DNA from: Camelus dromedarius
Lineage: Eukaryota
Length of the DNA: 64,000 nucleotides
Reading direction: 5' to 3'
Assembly: GCF_036321535.1 (NCBI RefSeq)
Contig: NC_087437.1
Span: 74,340,001-74,404,000 of the forward strand
Part shown: positions 27,233 to 38,722 of the stretch, piece by piece
Position numbering within the stretch: position 1 is the stretch's first letter
How the letters are laid out: each line of letters begins with the position of its first letter
Made by a program: the position numbers and the translations under genes
The notes under the pieces: generated by a model
Database searches by the model: none
What the model was told of the DNA's origin: nothing
Seen by the model: the letters and a program-made list of their open reading frames with translations, nothing else

Positions 27233-30009
27233 CAGATGAGCATATCAGGTTAATATATTTGTTACTTAATACAAATTTGGGGGGAAAAATGGATATTTAA
27301 TTACCAGCATAACATCATGAGACTCATCTTCAGCAATTTCCCATCATTTACCATATCTTATCCATGAACTATTTATAGAAGACTTGTTTCTAGTACTAAC
27401 CCATTTTGAACATACTAAAAGCCATCCTGATTTCCTTTCACTAAACAATTGAGTGTATTTAATTAGCATACAAGGGTAAAATCAGCAAAGTTGTTAGCCT
27501 TTTTTACTGGTGTCTTTGCAACTCAGGGTACCAGGGTGTAGCTATCAGATTTCAGAAAGCATTTTCCATTCCCTCTCCTTTAATCCCCTCGGAGCTGTGT
27601 GAGAGCCCTGACAATTTACTTCTGCACTAACGAGGGTAAAGTGGCAGAGCTGCACATTCCATCACAGCCACTGCAAACTTAACAACCTTAACAACGGTAT
27701 TTACGAGGGGTGTGTGTGCCAGAATGTCTCTAATGCTCCCCTCACTCATCCCAAGGCTTAAATTGGCTCTCTCAGTGCTATTTTAATCTGCACAGACCCA
27801 TTCACACACAACATACAAATGGTTCAAAGAAATGCATATTATAACGAACGTGGAAGAGGATGCAGTTTCTGTCAAGAACACCATTGTTAACTGAGACTGA
27901 AAAGACATGAATCTTGCTAAACAGAAAGGATGCATCTGTATACCTATTGAATTTTGGAGGAAAGAAATATCCAAAAGGCAAAATTGAATCCCTCTGGAAC
28001 CCCACAGGACCTTCTCGATAAAAGGATACCTACAGATAATGATATGTAGTAGTAAATCCATTTCACAGATTAATGAGCCAAGAGTGCCAGGGTTACTACA
28101 GGCTCCACAAGATGATCTGCAGCCATCCCTGACCTATGGATTCAGCATATCCTTTTGCTTTATCTCATGTACTCAGACAGAGTGGATATTCACTGCCTAA
28201 AAAGAGACAGCTTGAGAAGTGAAAGAATAATGATTCAGCTCCTCACCAAAGGCCCAAGAGAGCTAAGTGCCCAGTTTTGCACTGGAAAACAAAAAGCCAG
28301 TGCATTACATAGGAGAAATTCATTTCATTTTTCCTATCCCACAGCAGCCTCCTCTGTTCGAGACTTTGGAGGGCGTTCTAGTGGTTAAAAATTCTAGCAG
28401 TTAACAAGCGATGTGACATGGATTTATAACAGTCAGATTAGACACCAGAAGCTGCTTCCTGAGGGCTCCCTGCCATGACAAAGTCTAACTCTTCAGTTTC
28501 TAGGCAGAGAAGGCAATCTTAAGGGTCTTAGGACCCTTAAGGACCTACCAAGGGACTCTGTGGCAAGGGTGTATTCAAAGGGCTTGGGATAGCAGATGTG
28601 TACCACTTGGTAAGGCGGCCTTTCAGTATCTCAAGGATTGTTCTGGCTACGTGAACGATTATCCCTATCTCTATCTAATACATGGAATTTTACAATTCCA
28701 GCACTTACCCTACTGATCAAAGATTTGGATTTTTGGTCTAACAGTTTTTGTCCTGGTTATTACATATTTTTCCCTGTCTCATTAAAATAAAACACCTAGA
28801 TGTATGTTAGTGGAGCAGAGAGACAGACAAAGATGGTGGGGAGGGAAGGTGGGGGAAGGAGGCTAAATCAGAGAGAAGAGAGAGAAAGGCTAGTGTATCC
28901 AGACAGCAATTCCAATTATGAAAACAACTCCCCCTCCCGACCTTCCTAATATTCCAGGCTTGCAAAGGACTTGCAGCCAGAGGTTTCTGCCGTTCACAAT
29001 CAGTGCCTCCATTCATCAATTTTACCTTACACAATGGTCTGCAGAATACAAATGCAAAGATACAGGAATAATGATAATCTGAGCACAGCCTCCTCTAGAT
29101 AGTAATAACTGTTGGCTGGAGCAGGTGCTGAGATGCAATAAAATTCATGTTAAGCGGCATTCCTATTCTGTAGACTATCAGATGTGCTAACTAAGATATC
29201 TCTTGGTGGCATATGACAAACCATCAGTCAATTCGATTTGACTATTCAATGAGCAGAAAAGGAAATGTGCTTCTGTCACAAGCAAAAACGTATCTTCAGC
29301 CAATTCTGCTGGATGTCATGAGGTTAACTCAACTTCCCAGCATTCACTGATTGAGTTGTGAGAAGTCAGAGTCCCAAGGCTATCTGTGATTTCTGAATCT
29401 TTTATACCATTAACCTTTATTCAATCCAATTGCAAAATGCTCCTTTTTATTTGGTCTCAGACTGAATGTAGTTGCTGCCAGATTAACAGTCTGAAAGACT
29501 GAACCATGTAGCTCTGGCCAGTGATATCCCTAGGAGCATTCAGATAGGGGATGGCCAAGGTGGCATCATTACAGAGGTTACAGGAAGCTCCCCATATCCT
29601 TAAAACTGTTTCTACTTCCTAAGCTTGAGACCCACTCCAATGAGATGTCATACCTTTTAGGCTTAAGGTTTCATCCCCTTTAAAAGTGTTTCCACTGTTT
29701 AGATGAGTGACTCTAAACTTTATCAGTCATTTAAACTATAATGGAATTGGGTTTATCAGATCTTTTCCTGAAAGAAGCTTCTGTAAGTGAAGAGATAAGA
29801 AATATATGAAGATTCTTATGACTTGAAAGATAAGTATGCCTGAGGGAGAAGAAGATGATGAATCGATGAGCAAAAAACATACTGTTGTAAAACTATAAGT
29901 CACACGTTTTGCCCTGATGGCCTTGTGCCTAGCTTTGATGAAAGGAGAATATCCCCTTCCCCCTGTAATTCTCTTCCCCAAAGAGACTCATTAAGCAGGA
30001 TGCTACCTC

Positions 30010-30305
30010 AAACTGTGACAGAGGAGGCTCGTTGCTTTCTGCATACATTCTCTCCTTCTTCCTAGTAAACAACATGGTTTTTAGCAGGACACATTGTTCC
30101 TCAGAATAAAAAATGTATTTTCCAGGATCCCCCACAGCCACGTATAGCACATAACTTAAGTCTGGCCTCTAAAATGTAAGTATTTGGGACTTCCAGGAAG
30201 ACGGCTTAAAGGAAGTTGACTCATTAGGGTCAGGACCCCTTTGTTGTTTCCTCCTTCCTCCTGCTACCAATCTGATCTTAACAGCTAGAGTTTCAGTGAT
30301 CAGCT
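30010..30305 (+). mobile_element. MLT1J/K/L-like LTR, 5' half
   Basis: 'ctccttcttcctagtaaaca', 'tattttccagg..taagtctggcctctaaaatgtaag..gggacttccaggaag..cttaaagg', 'cctccttcctcctgct..agctagag'. Confidence 0.6.
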
Positions 30306-30512
30306 TACATTCCACAATCGGTCATTAATGTCATCCTTTGTATAGTCTTTTAACTCTTTGACCCCTTTCTCACATAACCTTTATTGTCTTACAACCTTGA
30401 GAAACTCAGATCTTCACTGAATCTGTGCCTGCATCCACACAGGTAAGTTGGAGTACAGAAAAGACACAAAACCATAATGTTATCTTAAATTCATGACTGT
30501 CAAATCCATTTT

Positions 30513-32945
30513 AAATTTTATTTTTTAAGTTGGGGTAAAATATACATAATATAAAATTTACCATTTTAACCATTTTTGAGAGTACAGTTCAGTGGCATTA
30601 AGTACATTCACACTGTTGTACAACCAACATATCACCATCCATTCCCAGAATTGTTTTCAATTTGCAAAACTGAAATTCTCTACCCACTAAATGATAATTC
30701 CCCATTCTCCACCCTCCCCAGTCCCAGGCAACCACTATTCTACTTTCTGTATCTATAGTTACCATGGGGATTATATTTAACATTCTAAAGTTATAATATT
30801 CTAATTTGAGTTTATACCATCTTAACTTCAATAACACACAAAAACCCTACTCCTATACAACTCTATCCCTACCCTCTTTCTGTTACTAATGCCACAAACC
30901 ACATCTTTACACACTGTGTGTCCAAAAACATAAACTAACAATTATTATTTTTATTCATTAGTTTCTTAAATAATTTAGAAATTTAACAATACAGCTGTAA
31001 ACCAAATTACAGTAATATTAGCATATTTAATTGTCCATGTAAACACATTTACCAAGATCTTTACTTTTTTCGACACAAAATTGAGTTACTGTCTAGCATC
31101 CTTTCATCTCAGACTGAAGACCTTCCTTTAGCATTTCTCGCAGGTCAGGTCTAGTGGTAATGAACTCCTTGAGCCTTTATCTGGGAATGTCTTAATTTCT
31201 CCCTCATGTTCGAGGGATAGTTTTGCTGGACTCTTGGTTGACATTTTTCATCCTTCTGCAATTTAAATATATCAATGCACTGCCATCTGGCCTCCAAACT
31301 TTCTTATAAGAATCAGCTGATAACCTTATTGGGGATTCTGCTGTATGTAATGAGCCACTTCTCTCTTGTGGCTTTCAAGATTCTCTTTGGCTTAGGCTAG
31401 CAATTGTTTGATTACAATGTGCTTCAGTGTAGGGCTCTTTGAATTTACCCTGCTCAGAGTTTCCTGAGTTCCTTGGATGCTTATATTCACATATTTTATG
31501 AAATTTTGCAAGTTTGGGGACATTATTTTTTCTCTTCCTATTTCTCTCTTTCTCCTTCTGGGACTCTCACAAACTGCATGTTGGTCTGCTTGATGGTATC
31601 CCAAAAGTTCTTTAAGGTTCTGTTCACCTTTCTTCAATCTCTTTTCTCTCTGCACCTCAGACTTGATCATTTCAACTGTCCATCCTATTATCAAGTTCTC
31701 TGATTCTTCTGGCTGCTCATATCTGCTTATGAATCCCTCTATGGAAAGTTTCATTTCAGTTATTATAATTTTCTGCTCCAGAATTTCTTTTTAGTTCTTT
31801 TTTTAAAATTTCTTTTAAAAAGTATTCATTATTTGCATATTTGTCATTAAGAATAAAAAAAAAAAGAGATGTAAATCTCTCTGATAGTTCACCTATCTGG
31901 GATAAGGAATACTAATATTTTGGTGTTTCTGAATTTTGTGACATGTTTTTAATGTCACAGGATATTTATAGCTGATTTATATATAGTATTATATTAGTTT
32001 CAGGTGTACAACACAGTGATTCTATGATTTTGTATTTTGGTAGATTATACTCCATTTAAAACACTGACTGTGTTCCCTGTGCTATACAACATATCCTTGT
32101 CATTTATTTATTTTATACACAGTAGTACATATCTCTTAATTGCCTACCCAATCTTGTCCCTCCCCATTTCCTTCTTCCCACTGGTGACCAATAGTTTGTT
32201 CTCTATATCTGTCAGTCCATTTCTGTTTTGACTACTTTACCCATTCATCTTGATGGACACTTAAGTTGCTTCCATATTTTGGCTATTATAAATAATGCTG
32301 CTGTGAACATTGGGATACATGTATCTTTTCAAATTAGTGTTTTCATTTTCTTTGGACATATAGCCAGGAGTGGAACTACCCGTTCTGTTTTTAGTTTTTT
32401 GAGGAACCTCCACTCTGCTTTCTACCGTGGCTGCGCTAATACAGTGGCATGTAAGTTGCTCCAGAAATTTGTGCCCAACTGCCTGCCATGGGGTTGGGGG
32501 TGAGGGATGGGTAGCTACTACTAAACTAGGAGCTGAAGCTTGCTTTTTTGAATTTTAATATGCTTTTAATATTTTTGAAATCAGGAAAAGTTACTTTTAA
32601 GTAAAAATCATATAATACCAAAATTAATTTTAAAGCCAGGGACTTCTCCCTATAAATAACGGATTTTAAATCATCGCACAGCTTTGAAAAGTTGTAAGAA
32701 ATACTGCCTTGATCTAGTTTTTCTTTTTCAGTATTGTCCAAAACAATTTCCTGTTACAGAGCTGAAGTTGACTTAAGTTAACCACAATTTGCTGTACAAG
32801 CCATCTCCTGGAAGTCATAGGCCCTCAATAGACTCCAGAGGGCCAAAATGAGAACATCAAATAGATTCTGCCAGTATAATTGCTGTCTGTGTGGGGAGAC
32901 AGATTTCTGGTGCTTTCTATTCTGCCAGCTGCCCTTCAGCTCCTC
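30513..32945 (-). mobile_element. L1MB/L1M4-type element, internally deleted (3' end, inter-ORF, ORF1 part, 5' end)
   Basis: 3' end 'aaatttaccattttaaccattttt..tacagttcagtggcattaagtacattcacactgttg' (30513-30756); ORF1 remnant (ORF track 'NISIQGTQETLSRVNSKSPTLKHIVIK'); 5'-terminal 'tggggagacagatttctggtgctttctattctgcc' near 32930. Confidence 0.75.
31960..32440 (-). mobile_element. Younger L1 3' end nested in the L1MB
   Basis: 'tattatattagtttcaggtgtacaacacagtgattc', 'gatggacacttaagttgcttccatattttggctattataaataatgctgctgtgaacattggg', 'tttttgaggaacctcca'. Confidence 0.85.
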
Positions 32946-33679
32946 CATTTAGCTCCTCCTGCTAACTCAAATTTACCTGCAAGTTGTGCATTTCTTTAGT
33001 TAAGGCAGTCTTCTACTCATTTGTAAATTATGTCGTATCTTCTCTCTTCTCAAGCCTATAACACCTCCTCTCTCATCTTTAATCTCAGCTAATGTCTTAT
33101 TTCTTATTTCACTAACAACATAGATTTAATCAAAAGAATAACTCTACATTCTTCCACCACCATATCTGCTTATGCAGTAGCATTTGTCCCAAGCTATTTC
33201 GTCTTCTCTTCTGTGACTATGGAAAAGCCTTACCACTGGGAACTGGATTCCATCCCCTCTCTTTTCTCCAAACATTGCTCCTCAATCCAGGAGTTCTTCC
33301 CTTTCTTTCATCCAACATCATTTTTTTCTCCTACTGGAAATTCCCTATTAGCATTAAAAATATTGTATCTTCATTTATTACTTAAAAGAAGATAAGCCTC
33401 CCCTTGACCCCACACTCTCCTCCATTAATCTATACTTTTCCTTTGATTCAAAGAAAAACTCTTTAAAAGAGTTCTGTACTCATTGTCTATAATTTCATTG
33501 TCACATTCTCCCATAAACCCTCTCCAATTAGAATTTAACTCCCTCCACTCTACCAAAACTATCGTTATCACCAGAGACCTTCACACTGACTAATCCAATG
33601 GCCAATTCTCGTTCATTTTTCTAATTGACCAACCAGCTACATTCAACATAGTTGATCATATTCTCCTCCGGCATTCATC

Positions 33680-33855
33680 TATCTCTCTTTCTTCATTTCT
33701 TCGATTCTTTCTTTTTCTTTCTTTCTCTCTCTTTTTCTTTCTTTCTTTCTTTCTTTCTCCCTTCCTTTCTCTCTTTCTTTCTTCATATCTCTATCTGTCT
33801 CTCTCTCCCCATCCATCCTTCCCTGCTTTCCTCCTTCGCTCTCTCCTCCCCCTTA
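33680..33855. repeat. (CTTT)n / CT-rich polypyrimidine tract
   Basis: 'ctttctttttctttctttctctctctttttctttctttctttctttctttctcc...'. Confidence 0.85.
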
Positions 33856-34071
33856 GGACTCCTTCTCAGCCTGTCTCTTCCTCTAAATTTTGGACCAAGG
33901 TACAGTCTTGTATCTTTTATCTCTATATTAATTCCCCTCAAGACCTACTCCAGTCTCATGGCTTTTACCATTATCTATGTTTATGCTTCCAAATTTGTAT
34001 CCTCATCTTGGACCTCTCTTGTGAGCTCCGAATGTGGACAATCAATTGTGTCCACGCCTCTCCACTTGGAG

Positions 34072-34370
34072 GTTAGATCAGTCTGTGTCCAACCAGAAGA
34101 GAGAAGCCATGCAGCAGGTTAACGGGGAAGTTTAAAATAAAGAATTATGAGCGATTATAAAAGAGAAACTATGACATTTATGGTACCCTAAGAATAAGGA
34201 AGGGTATCTATCAAGAAAAGGTAAAGTTGGAAGGGGTTCAGACTTTGTTGGAGAAGGTGTGGTTCAGCTGACTGAATAGTAGAGAGAGCCAGAACTAGTC
34301 TGGACTTGCTGGGCAACACACTACTATTTGAGGTGCAGGTGGGAAAAACTCAGAAGCAAAGTGAAGCCAA
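34072..34370 (-). mobile_element. ERVL-type LTR fragment inserted in the L2
   Basis: Abrupt switch from pyrimidine-rich L2 to purine-rich 'gtctgtgtccaaccagaagagagaagcca..gggaagtttaaaataaagaatt'; L2 resumes at 'atatttaacagacattttaacttg'. Confidence 0.45.
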
Positions 34371-35164
34371 ATATTTAACAGACATTTTAACTTGAAATGT
34401 CCAAACTCCCGGTTTTGACCCAAACTTTCTCCTCTTTCAGTCTTCCCCATCCCAGTAAGTGGCAACTCCATTCTTACAGTTCATCAGCCCAAAACCTTTG
34501 TAGCCATCCTGACCCCTGTCTTCTGCTCTCATGCCACGCTCATTATGTTAACAAACGCTGTTGCCTCTATCTTCAAATTAAATCTGAAATCAATCTACTT
34601 CTTATCAAACTTACAACTACCATCCTGGTCGAAGCCACCATCATCTCTCATCCTGACTGGTCTCCTTCTTTCCACCGGTTAATTAGGTCTGTTCTCTAGC
34701 ACAGCAAGAAGAAGTGATCTTGATGAAACTATAGCACAAATCATATCATGCCATGTCTTTGCTCAACATCCCCACCCCCTGCCCTCAGACTGAACTGAAA
34801 ATCTTTATAGTAGTCTATAAAGCCTACTCAGTATGTTAACCCACCCACAGTCTCTCTCACATCCTGCTTAACCACGTGCTCATTCAGCTCTGTGCACATT
34901 CCCTGCTTTGCTTTTTCTCAAATACATACATCAGACCCAATCCTGCCTTAAGGACTTTGATGCCTCTTCCCTCTGCTTGAAACACTTCTGCTTCAAATAT
35001 CTACATGACTTACTCCTTGATGTTTGTCCTTTAGTTTTTTACTCATATGTCACCTTCTCAGCAAGGTATTTTGTAGCTGTACTACCTAAAATGCGATCAG
35101 ATTTTAGAACAACTCCTGCCACAGGGTAGGTGCCCAATAAGTATTTGTTAAATAAATAATAAGT

Positions 35165-35372
35165 CTTTCTATGAGGTGACCTTATGAATGAATCCATATG
35201 CTGAAAAAGAGATTATATGATCTTAAATACCTGGTAATACCACAGAGCTACCATGCCAGCCCCGGACTGCCTACCTCCAGAGTTCTTTTAAGAGAAAGAA
35301 ATAAGCTTCTATCTTATTTCATCCACTGTTTTTCAGTTTTACTTCTATGCATCTGGTAGTTGCATAACTTTG
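35165..35372 (+). mobile_element. MLT1J/K/L-like LTR, 3' half
   Basis: 'tgaggtgacctt', 'gagctaccatgccagccccggactgcctacctccagagttctttta agagaaagaaataagcttctatctt..ccactgttttt'. Confidence 0.7.
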
Positions 35373-35389
35373 ACGTCTCTTCCTATAAC

Positions 35390-35560
35390 TCACTGGTCCC
35401 CATTCCTAAATTTACATTAGAATCACCTGAAAAGTTTCCAAAAGCTACTAATACTTGGGCCTCAGCTCCAGGGCTACTGACTTGACTGATCTAGCAGAGC
35501 CGGAGCTCATTACTTAGGTGCCTCCCAGTAGCTCTGCCATGCAGCCAGGGTCCAGTGACT
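35390..35560. mobile_element. MER5-like hAT MITE
   Basis: 'acattagaatcacctg..aaaagctactaatacttgggcctc..ctcccag..atgcagccaggg'. Confidence 0.6.
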
Positions 35561-36439
35561 TACATATGCCACCACCAGGTGACATCAAAGAAGTAAAATC
35601 ATAAAATAATAATATTAATATAGAAATACACACTATTTGCCTATTATTTATACCTGACGGTGTTTTCACATAACTGCCAACTCTATTTAAAAAGTTTTGA
35701 TTTTATTGCTTTTTCACTTTGCAGACGATGAGCCCTCCCCCTGAGAAAGTTCATCCTTGGTTCGGTCTCTGGTCAATGTGACTCACCACCATGCTCAGTT
35801 CTTCAGTTTGTCCCAAGCTCTACCATAAGCTGGCACAGCCCAGCCCTTCCTCCACAGGGGCCAGAGACCAGGATGGAGCTCTGTCCTGTAGTGACTAGAG
35901 GAAGGAACTGAGTCCTAATTAATCTCTTCTAGACTCTGACTCACTGATTCTCAGCAAAGAAACCCAAAACCTAGAGAGTATAAGAACCACCAAACCAACT
36001 AAGCAAGGGAAGACGGATCTGAAAGCCAAGGAATAAGACTTCAAAAGACTTCAAAAAAAGAAGGTCACACCCTTATGGAGCTAGGTCAGGGGCTATTTTT
36101 ATTACAGAACCAAATCTAGGCCCATTAAGTAAAACCTAAGACTGCAGACTTGTGGCATTTTGCTGTATTTTATCTATAACTTAGACATCAGAGAGTCATA
36201 TATCCAGACCCTGGAATAAAAATGGAGGTAATTCCGAGGGCTTTACCTCACCTCTGGTTCCCGGCCAGCCAGTTTTGGCATGTGTGACTGCTATCCATGT
36301 TACACGGTAAGACAGAGCCTTCGTGAACCAAGAACAAAACGGGGAAGGACGTCACAAGCAAAAATCCTTGTCCTGGCCCAACTGGGGGATCAAGTGTGCT
36401 ATGATTTCCATGCTTAGTGATTACTATATTATTTTTCAT

Positions 36440-36640
36440 TATTGAGAAGTAGCATAGTATAATGCTCATAAATGCTCTAAAACTGCTTTATGCTTCAGCC
36501 TTCTCATTAATAAAATGAGAAAAACAATAATATTTCTTACATTAGTCTATTGTAGAGATTAAATGAGTTATCACATAAAGTGTTTAGAATTGCCTAATCC
36601 CTTACAGGCAATTATTTGGGAAGTATTTACAATTATTATT
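36440..36640 (+). mobile_element. MIR fragment
   Basis: 'cttcagccttctcattaataaaatgag...gagattaaatgagtta..taaagtgtttagaa'. Confidence 0.65.
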
Positions 36641-36726
36641 TATGTTACGAGAAACATTATCATTGTATCAGCATACAGAGAAATTTATTTCACAAAAGTT
36701 CACACTCATTTGGGCAAAAAAGTAAT

Positions 36727-37124
36727 TGTTATGAGCTGAATTGTGTGTCCCCACCTCACCCCCCTGCCAAAATTCATATGCTGAATTCTTAAATCCCAGT
36801 ATCTCAGAATGTGACTATGTTTACGGATAGTGTCTTCAAAGAGATAATTAAGGTAAAATGAAGTCATGTGGGTGGGCCCTAATCCAATATGACTCATGTC
36901 CTTACAAGAGATCAGGACACAGACACACAAGGGGAAGACCATGGGAAGGTATAAGAAAAAGACAGCTATTTATAAGCTAAGGAGAGAGGTCTTGGGAAAA
37001 ACCAACCCTGCTGACACCTTGATCTCAGACTTCTAGCCTCCAGAACTGTGAGAAAATAGATTTCTGTTATTGAATCCACCCAGTCTGTGGTACTTTGTTA
37101 TGGCTGCCCCAGCAAACTAAAGCA
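36727..37124 (+). mobile_element. MLT1B MaLR solo LTR
   Basis: 'tgttatgagctgaattgtgtgtcccc..aaattcatatg', 'gggccctaatccaatatgact', 'accaaccctgctgacaccttgatctcagacttctagcctccagaactgtgagaaaatagatttctg', end 'cagcaaactaaagca'. Confidence 0.9.
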
Positions 37125-38039
37125 AGAGTGCACTTCTTCGCTTCCCATAAATGCCCTTAATGTTGATTTCTTGCACCCACCCCTTGCAAAGATAATGTAA
37201 ATCTCCACAATTCCTGGGGATGCCCCACCACCAGGATGATGAAAGCATGTGAAGGTCTCAGGGAGGACAGTGACGAGGAGTGACCTCTCTGGTCACTGGC
37301 CATCTGCCCCATGGTTACTACCTAGACATGTTCCACATGGTCCCTCTGGGTCCAGCCTCCTTCCTGACTGCTGCTTCTGTGTTCTGTGTACACAGTGGGA
37401 ATGTAGGAATCTGGCAAGCCTGAGAGTTGTACAACGTTCCTCCCTGAGGTCTTGCTTCCTTACTGCAGCACTGGCAGTGAGCAGGGTCTCTGCTGGGACC
37501 CTTGAGGTATCCTTATAATAACTTCCCTCTGTGGACCCCTATCAGTAGGATACTCTTTTCAGCATGAGGGAAATTAATCCTTTTCATTTCATGTCTCTTA
37601 TGAGGCGTTCTCCCTCCTCTCCCTTAAGGGTATCTAATCTTATCAAAAGTCCTAGACTGTTACAGAATTCAAATCTGGATAAAAATGAAACTTCAGTTTT
37701 TCCATAGCCAAGTTTTCCTTAAGACAAAAAAACACAGAGCCTGGCTACCTACTTGAATCCGGATTTAAATGCAAATAGAGAAAAACACATAAGTTGACAT
37801 ATTAAAAGTTACCCTGAAACATTACCAGCAGTTTTTATACAGATCCTTAAAGCCAAAAATGCCATGAATTTTTTAATTTTAAAAATGTGGGCTTCTCTCC
37901 TTCCTCTTTCTTTCTCTCATTAGCTCATATTCTGTGTTAATTCATTTATGAAAGATGATTGAGAACCCTAGCAAAAAATGTGAGGTGTTTCTACTGCCTC
38001 TCCTCTGACCTCCATTCTTTTGGCCTAGGAGATAGAAAA

Positions 38040-38722
38040 TGTATCAGGCAGGGTTTTTATTTGCAAGCAAGAGAAACTAACCATGACCAATTAAGTAAGC
38101 CAAAAAAAAAAAAAAAAAAAAAAAAAGAAGGGAATTTATTAAAAAGGCTACTGGGTAGCTCTCTGAATCACCAGGAGAGCTGGGCCATCTTGCTCAGAAC
38201 TGTGCATCTTAAAACAGTGCCACAAATTAGGCTGCAAAACTGGGCTGATGAGGAAATGACTTTTGCCTCTGTGAGGACTAGAACACTGAATGCCTTTGCT
38301 ACTGTTGCCGCTGACATATCAGGAGTACAATTTTGCTATAACCACTTCCTTTATCAGGGAATTATCTACTTCTTAAGCTTTGCTGTGTCAAAACCTGGTG
38401 TAGGGGGAGGATATAGCTCAGTGGTAGAGTGCATGCTTAGCATGCACAAGGTCCTGGATTCAATCCCCAGTACCTCCATTAAAAATAAATAAATGAATAA
38501 ACCTAATTACCTCCCCCTTAAAAAAAAGGAAAAAAAACCGGTGTGGGTACATTCAGTTGAGATCCTTATTTACCTAAATCCCAGCTTCAAATGAGGCTGA
38601 GAGTATCTGGCACTTTGAGTTTCTATTGTTCAATGTTGGCTCTGTCTCCCATCTAGACTCATTTCACCTAGGAGGGAATTCAAATGCTAAGCTGCCAAAA
38701 AGAATGGAAAGTCTCCACAACA
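38040..38722 (-). mobile_element. Old MaLR LTR (MLT1M/N-like) interrupted by a SINE
   Basis: 'tgtatcaggcagggtttttatttgcaagcaagagaaactaac..aagggaatttattaaaaagg' through 'ctgccaaaaagaatggaaagtctccacaaca'. Confidence 0.55.
38403..38533 (+). mobile_element. tRNA-Ala(AGC)-derived camelid SINE (vic-1 type)
   Basis: 'ggggaggatatagctcagtggtagagtgcatgcttagcatgcacaaggtcctggattcaatccccagtacctcca' with A/B boxes, tail 'aaataaataaa..cctaattacctccccc', A-tail; TSD aaaacc(t)ggtgt at 38390-38401 and 38534-38544. Confidence 0.9.

Larger units (their letters stand above)
30306..35163 (+). mobile_element. Long L2 (L2a-like) copy, interrupted by younger insertions
   Basis: L2-type tracts at 30306-30510, 32950-34070 ('tctcagctaatgtcttatttcttatttcact', 'actggattccatcccctctc', 'taatccaatggccaattctc') and 34370-35163 ('tcttccccatcccagtaagtggcaactccattctt', ending 'gtaggtgcccaataagtatttgttaaataaat'). 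Confidence 0.75.

Noticed and set aside
31774..32470. 'tgctccagaa' repeated at 31774 and 32457 as a possible TSD
   Set aside because: L1MB-like sequence continues past both copies, so each appears native to the host element (ORF1 and 5'UTR); probably coincidental.
33652..34122. 156-aa hydrophobic ORF
   Set aside because: Translation of a (CTTT)n tract and L2 sequence.
35779..35943. Pair of AP-1 (TGACTCA) sites; also a full CRE at 58118-58125
   Set aside because: 7-8-bp motifs occur many times by chance in 64 kb and there is no independent support.
38403..38478. tRNA-Ala(AGC) gene (also 49536-49611)
   Set aside because: Extra 5' bases, stem mismatches, A-rich tail and TSDs show these are SINE copies, not functional tRNAs.
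37959..38492. 177-aa ORF with poly-Lys
   Set aside because: It runs through an MLT1 LTR, a poly-A tract and a SINE, and starts at TTG.
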